Shown piece after piece: positions 55,303 through 64,000 of a DNA stretch of 64,000 nt; the stretch's first letter is position 1, and each line of letters starts with the position of its first letter. The stretch covers positions 188,108,001 to 188,172,000 of the forward strand of contig NC_042998.1 of NCBI RefSeq assembly GCF_006345805.1, in the 5' to 3' direction. This DNA comes from Octopus sinensis. Lineage: Eukaryota. A program made the position numbers and the translations under genes. The notes beneath the pieces are model-generated. The model was not told where the DNA came from and did not search any database. It was given only the letters and a program-made list of their open reading frames with translations.

Positions 55303-55437
55303 TAAATGTATATATATATATATATATATATATAGTGCCCCACCCCAGGATGGCCGCAGCCTCAAAGCTGAAACATATAAAAGAATAAACACACACACAC
55401 ACAACACATACACACACACACACCACACACACACACA

Positions 55438-55479
<42 letters not shown>

Positions 55480-55562
55480 CTTCGCGGGCGTCCAATTCTA
55501 TGTATCTGCTTGCGTTTTTGCGACTGTTTGCAACAGCGAGTGTCTGTTTGTCTTTGAGGAGT

Positions 55563-55662
55563 NNNNNNNNNNNNNNNNNNNNNNNNNNNNNNNNNNNNNN
55601 NNNNNNNNNNNNNNNNNNNNNNNNNNNNNNNNNNNNNNNNNNNNNNNNNNNNNNNNNNNNNN
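55563..55662. other. Assembly gap (100 N)
   Basis: Run of N. Confidence 1.
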
Positions 55663-55704
<42 letters not shown>

Positions 55705-55710
<6 letters not shown>

Positions 55711-55895
55711 GTTTTCCCTACCACCACTTGACAACCGGTGTGGTGTGTTTACGTTTCCGTAGCTTAGCGGTTCGGCAAAAGTGTTTGATACAATAAGTAA
55801 TAGGCTTTAATAAATTAAGTATAAGGGTCGACTTGTTCGGCTAAAACCCTTACAAGGTGGTGCTATAGCATGGCCAGAGTCAACAGACTGAAACA
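55705..55895 (+). mobile_element. Family B SINE 3' half
   Basis: cttgacaaccgg...ttagcggttcggcaaaa...gactgaaaca. Confidence 0.75.
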
Positions 55896-55912
55896 CATAA
55901 ACGCTATGTACA

Positions 55913-55947
<35 letters not shown>

Positions 55948-56203
55948 CCTTGTATGTATATATGTATGTTTGTGTGTTATACCTATACCTGTATATGTAT
56001 ATATGAATGTTTATATATATATATGTATATGCGCGTGTGTGAATGTGTGTGTGTCTGTGCACGTATTGTATGTGTATATAAACATTTATATATATTAACA
56101 TACACACACACATACATGTAAGCATGTATGCATATATGTGTATGTATTTATATGAGGATAAATTTATAACTTTGTTAAACCGAAAAGTAATTTTGTCAAA
56201 CTG

Positions 56204-56235
<32 letters not shown>

Positions 56236-56794
56236 TGTATGTATGTATGTATGTATGTTTGTATATATGTATGTATGTATGTATATATAACTGCATACAC
56301 ACATGTGTGTGTGTGTGTGTGTGTGCGTAAATTTGTATGTAATTCTACAGACATGCGCTCGTGTGGGTGTTCAAGGAGTGTGTACGGTTGGTTCATCATG
56401 AATGGAATCTATGAATGGAATTACGCACATACTAAATAAAAAAAAAACAAAAAATAAAACTCAAAGAATGGAATGTTATATTATTCCCTTCTCTCTGTCT
56501 TCTTCATCACATTTGTCCGCGTCTTCGTTACTGGGTTGCGAGAAGTGGTGTGGAGTGGGAATTCTAGAAAAAAAAAGTTGTTTATTATAAGCGTTCTTAA
56601 TTCTTGTTTAGGCATCAGTAATAGAAAGTCTCTCGGACGCCGTGGTACCCCCCCCAGAAGTTGCGGGCGAATCCGGGTAGGGGGATATAGTTTTGATTTC
56701 TTAGTTGTAAAATGTATTTCGTTTAACCATGGGGGGGGGGAATAGTGGAATTTTGCTAGGAGTACTAAATGTTGTCATTATCATCCGTTTGTTA

Positions 56795-56821
56795 CTCCTC
56801 CTCCTCCTCCTCCTCCTCCTC

Positions 56822-56872
<51 letters not shown>

Positions 56873-56968
56873 GCAACAGTAGTTGTAATAGTAGTAGAAG
56901 AATTAATAATAGTAGTAGTGGTGATCGTAGTAGTAGTAGTAGTAGTAGTAGAAGTAGAAGTAGTAGTT

Positions 56969-57001
<33 letters not shown>
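56795..57001. repeat. (CCT)n(CTA)n followed by (TAG)n trinucleotide microsatellites
   Basis: Directly visible; (CTA)n and (TAG)n are complementary. Confidence 0.95.
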
Positions 57002-57499
57002 TATAAGTAGTTATGCGGCAGAGATGCAAGGTTGGTGAATACCAGTAATGTACTGTTTGTTGTTCCTGATAGATTCGACTCTGTTACTTTCCAACAAATT
57101 GTGTGGCTTTGTGCCAAAGCTGGAAATCATTATTATCGGTTGGAGTAGCAAATACTACTACTTGTCATAATATTGGTATTATTGATACAATCCGACGCAA
57201 AAGACAAGACAAGGCACCAACGTCACAACTTATCCTCTGCATTGAAGTATACACACGCACATACGCTCGCTAGCTTAATCATCAGACCCGTTGACATAAA
57301 TGATCCTCGAGAAAAAAAAAAAAAAAAAAACAACTTTCTTGTTAATGCTCATGATGTAGGACGTTACCTCGTTGGTCTGAGTAAAATATCTTACCATAAT
57401 CAACGGATTAGCATTGATATTATAAATACATGTAGTATAATAATGAGTCGACGATAGAAAACTCACTTTCAGTCAAGTTAAGAAATACAAAAACCAAAG

Positions 57500-57921
57500 T
57501 ACTCTTTACTCTTTTTTTACTTTTTTTACTTGTTTCAGTCATTTGACTGCGGCCATGCTGGAGCACCGCCTTTAATCGAGCAACTCGACCCCGGAACTTA
57601 TTCTATTGTAAGCCTTGTACTTATTCTATCGGTCTATTTTGCCGAACCGCTAAGTGACGGGGACACAAACACACCAGCATTGGTTGTCAAGCAATGCTAG
57701 GGGGACAAACACAGACACACAAACACACACACGCATACATATATATATATATATACATACATATATACGACAGGCTTCTTTCAGTTTCCGTCTACCAAAT
57801 CCACTCACAAGGCATTGGTCGGCCCGAGGCTATAGTAGAAGACAGGTGCCACGCAGTGGGACTGAACCCGGAACCATGTGGTTGGTAGACAGGCTACTTA
57901 CCACACAGCCACTCCTGCGCC
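57500..57921 (-). mobile_element. Family B SINE, full length
   Basis: Reverse complement of 3339-3727 including the GGCGCAGGAGTGGC 5' end. Confidence 0.9.
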
Positions 57922-58176
57922 TATGTACCTTCACTTTATGTATGCTTATATAAGTAGTAAGCAGAAATGTGGGTGGACAAGATGGGTGTAAATATATATA
58001 TATATATGTCCCTTGTCAGTCGTTAGAAAAGTGGTCCCACGTGGCTAAGAGTTGTTTTGACTCTTATTTCTAGCAATGCTGCTGGTTACTACCACTCTCC
58101 GTCACTTTAGTGACGACTATACTTGTTGCCTTTTAGTTCCAAATTGCGAATAACCACCTTAATAATTTTATATATA

Positions 58177-58219
<43 letters not shown>

Positions 58220-58309
58220 CAATAATTAAGGGTAAAATCAATTAGTTATTTATTAATTTCACCAAGTAGTGTTCGGTATGTAAAAAGGACCATTTAAGGC
58301 GTATTCAAA

Positions 58310-58372
58310 ATATTACGTTATATAATTAGGGCTTCAAAGTAATTTATTTTACTAAGCCCTAATTATATAACG

Positions 58373-58378
<6 letters not shown>
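58310..58378. repeat. 25-bp perfect inverted repeat ending a (TA)n-flanked insert (58220-58378)
   Basis: atattacgttatataattagggctt / aagccctaattatataacgtaatat. Confidence 0.8.
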
Positions 58379-58446
<68 letters not shown>

Positions 58447-59238
58447 GTATATATATATATGTATGTGTGTGTGTGTGTTTGTATGGTCCTATATAACGAA
58501 GCGCATATAAGAAGAACTCGTTTGTATTTTGTCTGTTTCTGTGTCTGTGTGTCGGTCGGTGTACGTATGCGTATATTCAAAGGTGCGTGTGTGACAGTCC
58601 GTTTACAGGATATTTCCCATTCCAGTTTCGTGTACTTGCCGTTGCTAAGGTAACTGACAAACATGCATGTTTATCGGTTCAAGTCTGCTTTCCTTGTCAA
58701 TGACAAGCAGTCATAATAATGTTGCCTTTTCATCTCTCAGTCATGGAACTTTTAGGCCGTCGGTTGGCAGTTCGGTTATTTATAACTACCCCAATCTCCC
58801 ATATCACTCTTCTGCTTCTCCTCTTACATGCCTTATCGCAGCTGCACCACATCTCGTCCACATTCGAACACGAGTTCGGTTCCCACTTTATGGAACTTTC
58901 CATTTGAATCTGTGTACACACTCATCGGAAACAATGTATGTTTTCAAAAAAATTGGTGACATAACAGCTATTTGCTAGTAGTCATCATGGACGAAATAGA
59001 GTTACACGTGGAAGAAGTAGGGGAGATAAAGGAGCTGTTGGGTAATATAATAAGGGATAAGAGTATTAAATAGCAATCACTCTCAGATGGTTTTCGAGGG
59101 CGAGACACGCACCATACACACACACACACACACACACGCGCGCGCGCGTAATGCTCTCTCACTCTTTTTCTCTCTTACTCCCTTCCACTCTCTCTTTCTC
59201 TCTCTCCCTCTCTCCTCCTTTCTCTATCTTCCTCACAG

Positions 59239-59324
59239 ACGCACAAGTACTAGAATCGATATACAAAGGTAGAATAATGCGCTTCATCGAGCTTTACAAG
59301 GATACCGAAGTTCTAGCACAGCAA
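59239..59324 (+). CDS. Candidate internal exon ((D)AQVLESIYKGRIMRFIELYKDTEVLAQQ)
   Basis: ~85-nt pyrimidine tract ending in cag, one open frame, gtaatg donor. No recognised homology. Confidence 0.3.
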
Positions 59325-59358
59325 GTAATGGACATGAAATTGAAGGAAGAAGAAAAAC

Positions 59359-59451
<93 letters not shown>

Positions 59452-59480
59452 ATAATCTTTTCTACTATAAGCACAAGGCA

Positions 59481-59704
59481 TGACCCCAGGACGTATTCTT
59501 TGTATTCCTAGTACTTATTCTATCAGTTTTTTTTTTTTTTTGCCGAACTGCTACGAGGACGTAAACACACCAGCGTCGGTTGTCAAGCGATGTTGGGGGG
59601 GGGGATAAATACAGGCATACGAACATATACACACATATACATACATACATACATACACGCACACACACATACACGCACACACACACGCATGCACACACAC
59701 GCAT

Positions 59705-59757
<53 letters not shown>

Positions 59758-59925
59758 TGTATATACGACGGGCTTTCAGTTTCCGTCTACCAAATTCACT
59801 CACAAGGCTTTGGTCGGTCTGAGGCTATAGTAGACGACATTTGTTCATGATGTCACGTAGTGGGACTGAACCTGGAACCATGTGGCTGGTGTGTAAGATA
59901 CTTACCGCACAGCCACTCTTGTGCT
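59481..59925 (-). mobile_element. Family B SINE with expanded internal (CA)n
   Basis: Both halves recognisable. Confidence 0.8.
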
Positions 59926-60180
59926 TTTATATATATATAGGTTTTGTAATTCGAAATAAGAAAATAAAACTGAAAACAATAACACACACACACACACACA
60001 CATATGCTACTTAATCGGCCGAAGTTACAAAGTGACTCATGGACAGAGTATTTCGTGCATTGCGACTTGAGGTATTGTTAGAGCAGCGGGGGTTATAAAA
60101 TATATTAAATGTTTATTTTACGTAGTTCCCGAAATCATCTGCTATAGAACTCAACACATTTGTTAGTGTGTGTGTGAGAG

Positions 60181-60214
<34 letters not shown>

Positions 60215-60786
60215 TTACGCATACACATACACACAGACACATCAAATGTTGACAGTCTACTCAGAGCATTGTGCAGGGCTCTGTACGACTGTTGTGAACA
60301 GCCCAGCCCCGGTCGAAATTGATACATAGAAAAAGAAACAAAAAACAAAAAAAAAAAAACAAAAAACAAAAACAAAACAAAAATAAACAACCGGTTTCTC
60401 GGGTTTTGTAGCCTACATATTCCCCTTTGGACGGGACGCCAATCCGTCGCAGTATTACTCATTTTTTTTTTGCCAGGTGAGTGGAATGGAGTAGGATTTT
60501 TGTCAGTGAACAGGTCGCGGATTTTAGCGACGAAAATATTTTGACAAATTAAACTTAAATGTTGAAGTGAATCGAACGGCTTTTGTGTGTTTCTTAAATG
60601 GCTTACAAACACCTTCCACGCTGCAATGTGAAATGAAGTGTTTTTTCTCAAAACAACACATCACCCGGTTTAGGAATCCAAACCGCAACCTCACGGTCAT
60701 GGGTGCAACACGTTAACCACTAAGTCACATGCCTCCCACAAGATTTAATGTGTGTGTGTGTGTGTGTATGTGTGTGTATGTGTGTG

Positions 60787-60820
<34 letters not shown>

Positions 60821-60831
60821 CGTGTGTGTGC

Positions 60832-61052
60832 ATCTTTTATCTTGTCTTAGTTTTTGTACTGCGGCCATGCTACAGATCCGCCTTGAAGGAATCGACGTCA
60901 GTACTAAATATATTAAGCCTGGTGCTCATTGTTTCAGTCTCTTTTGCTGAACAGCTAAGTTACAGGAAAGTAAACTAATCAACTCCAGTGGTCAAGCGCT
61001 GGTGGGAGACAAACACAAACACTCATACACACACATACGCACTCACTTTTAT

Positions 61053-61095
<43 letters not shown>

Positions 61096-61264
61096 GACTG
61101 TTCTCAAATTGCGTCTCCATAATCTCCTTGCATGGCTTTAGTTGGGCCCAGGGCTATTGTAGAAGATTTATCCAAGGTGTCACGCAGTAGGACTGAATCC
61201 GGAACCGTGCAGTAGGGAAGCAAATGTCTTACCATACAGCCACGCCAACGCTTGCATCTACTTG

Positions 61265-61356
<92 letters not shown>

Positions 61357-61462
61357 CTATCTATTTATCTATCTATCTATCTATCTATCTATCTTGGGCA
61401 AGTGTCTTCTACTAAGCCTTATGAGTGAATTTGGGAGACGGAAACTGAAGAGAAGCCCTTCG

Positions 61463-61497
<35 letters not shown>

Positions 61498-61536
61498 ATA
61501 TATATATATATATATATCTATATATATATATATATA

Positions 61537-61572
<36 letters not shown>

Positions 61573-61785
61573 ATTTGTGTGTGTGTGTATGTGTGTGTTT
61601 GTCCCTCCAGCATCACTTGTAACCGATATTGCTGTATTTATGTCTCCGTTAGCTAGCAGTTCGGCAAAAGAAACCCGATAGAATAAGTACAAGGCTTACA
61701 AAGAATAAGTCCTGGGGTCGATTTCTTCGACCAAAGAGGCGGTGTACCAGCATGGCCGCAGTCAAATGACAAGTAAAAGAATAAA
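60832..61785. mobile_element. Two family B SINEs: decayed minus copy ~60832-61245 and plus copy ~61393-61785
   Basis: gcggccatgct..., cttgggcaagtgtcttctacta...cagcatggccgcagtcaaatgac. Confidence 0.75.
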
Positions 61786-61878
61786 AGATATACGTATTCA
61801 TACATACATACATACACACACATATATACATATATATATAAATATATATATATATATACATGGATTATGCATGCATGC

Positions 61879-61930
<52 letters not shown>

Positions 61931-62582
61931 ATGGATATATGTATGCATGCCTATATATAACATATATATATAGAGAGAGAGGTGGGGTACACAATAGATT
62001 AATAGAGAGATTCAATTGACAATCTAATAATTTATATATAATATAATGTGATATTATATATTATGAATATAATATAAGAACATAAAAGATCATTAAAAGA
62101 CCGTCTACTATATCTATCTATCAATCTGTCTGTCTACCTCTATACGTACAATATGTATGTGTATGTATATATATATATAGACACACACACATATAGATGT
62201 ATAGGCATATGTATTTATACGTATGTGTTTGTACACACACATGCACATACACACGCACACACATATGCATACACAGTTACACTAGTTTAGCATTCGCGGA
62301 AATATTCGAGGATATGACCCGTACAATTGTAATATTGCCAAGCCCCATTGGGTCTTTCCTCTCCCACGTTCATCATCTAAGCTGTGGCTGTAGCAGAAGG
62401 GAAGTTCTCATACGCGGTTAAGTACTCACTCGTCTTTCATACAAAATCTGACTAAGCCCGTATGCCTGCAAAGTTTATATTTGTCAATCGAGGCCGCCAC
62501 CAATTTAATATTGGTTTTCTTTTTCTTTATGTACTTCTTATGTTTCCCTGCATGTGTGTATATGTATTTATATTCATGTATA

Positions 62583-62677
<95 letters not shown>

Positions 62678-62859
62678 TGTGTGTGTGTTTTCATGTGTTT
62701 ATATATCAAAGACTCTTTAAGGAAGAGTCTCGTCTCTGGTAAGTTTAATTTGAAATTAACGAGTAGTAGCAAAATTTTCACATCTCTGCGACAGGCAAGT
62801 AATAAAAAACGCCTTTTTGTTTCAAATTTTTAAAAACTTAAAAAAAATAAACACTTTTT

Positions 62860-63950
62860 TCACTTCGACGATACCAAGCAAAATTCCTGGTGCAATGTGT
62901 AACTGGTGTCGCTAAAGGGAAATCCCCAAAACAAAAACTAAAAACAGATGAATAATGACAGACGATTAAAAGAAAACAAGGTAATGAATAACAGCTGAAT
63001 ATGTACGTGCTTGTGTATATATGCAAATATATAAAGAACGGTGGTCAGAATTTTGGATCAAATTGCAGCTGCTCAACATTATTCCATTAGTCAGCAATGC
63101 TCGGGCTAGGATTGAGTGCGTGCATAACAGTTTCGTTACATTCCGCGCATCTCATAAGGACTGCCACCAGGTATTAATGTTCGAAAAACTTTTCGTTGAT
63201 CTAAAATGATTAGTTACCCATCTATTTCAAGTTTCTTACCCGCCTTCTCTATGACGTATCGCATGAGGTGGAGGTCGCAGTTTGCGCGTCCCTAATCAGA
63301 TCATCTGCGACAGTGTCACCATCTTGGTTAACACACTGGTCAATATTTTGAAATTTGAGTTTAACAGAGTTACAATTATCATTATGATCTGTCTTTTGTG
63401 AGTCTTTTCTCAGCAGCGCGACAGTTCCACAATTTGCAGAACTGGGAATTCTCCCGTCCTGCTACTAGTTGCGGTAAACACTGTCAAGAGGGCTCCAGAA
63501 TGTCTCGTATACAAAAGTAAAGCTCGTACGACAGACCATCCAAGCCAGGCGATTTGCCAGCCAGCAGTGCAGCCAGCCACCGCTTCCCTTATTTTCGCGG
63601 CTGTTACAGACTTTTCGAAATATTCCCCCTCTTTTACCGAGAGTCGCAGCAGATCGTCGAACTATGCACTGGAATACATCCTACGTTTCGACCTGCTATT
63701 TGCCCCGAACAGTGGACAAAAGTGCTGTTGAAAAGTTGTACGCACCCCATTATGATATGCACCCCATTATGGGCCGTCAAATGCCTAATTGTGACTTTTT
63801 TGCCACGCCCTACCTGTGCCATTCAGGCCCGTCGAACGGCTTTCGTTCTCTCGTGTTTTAGAGCATTTGCCTTAGCTGTGATAATGTAGTCTTCATGCTG
63901 CGTGTTAAAAAATTGGTCGAGTGCCAATTTTGTCGCGGACACGTCGTTTG
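62860..63950 (-). mobile_element. Tx1/L1-like LINE RT remnant
   Basis: Minus strand GKSPGLDGLSYELY (~63523-63564), RIPSS...VALLRK, TLLNSNFKILT, LDQRK; frameshifted. Confidence 0.8.
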
Positions 63951-64000
63951 CGATACCTTTCAGTTTCTAGCTATGTCTCTCTCTTTCTATTGTATTTTTC

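Noticed and set aside
63554-63889. 111-aa plus-strand ORF
   Set aside because: Antisense to the Tx1-like RT remnant.

Overview
AT-rich eukaryotic intronic or intergenic DNA saturated with microsatellites and transposons. It is most likely an octopus (cephalopod), inferred from the SINE families and the density of (TATG)n, (TA)n, (CA)n and (TAA)n repeats. No complete protein-coding gene can be supported, and almost every long ORF in the track is a microsatellite read-through. The window holds at least four tRNA-derived SINE families and fossils of R4/Dong-like (RLE), Tx1/L1-like, CR1-like, RTE and Penelope-like retroelements. It also holds piggyBac and mariner transposase remnants, two non-autonomous Helitrons and a 100-N gap. 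The most interesting signal is non-coding: about ten type I hammerhead-ribozyme motifs from about six families, inside short (TA)n-flanked direct or inverted repeats that resemble Penelope pseudo-LTRs. They include a canonical motif (32085-32144), a compensatory U3-A8 variant on both arms of a ~730-bp palindrome, an A6U variant and a long-stem-II CCGAAGA variant. Second, R4-like LINE families appear to partition microsatellites, one ending in or sitting in (CATA)n and another in (TAA)n. All calls were made by eye, with no database searches.
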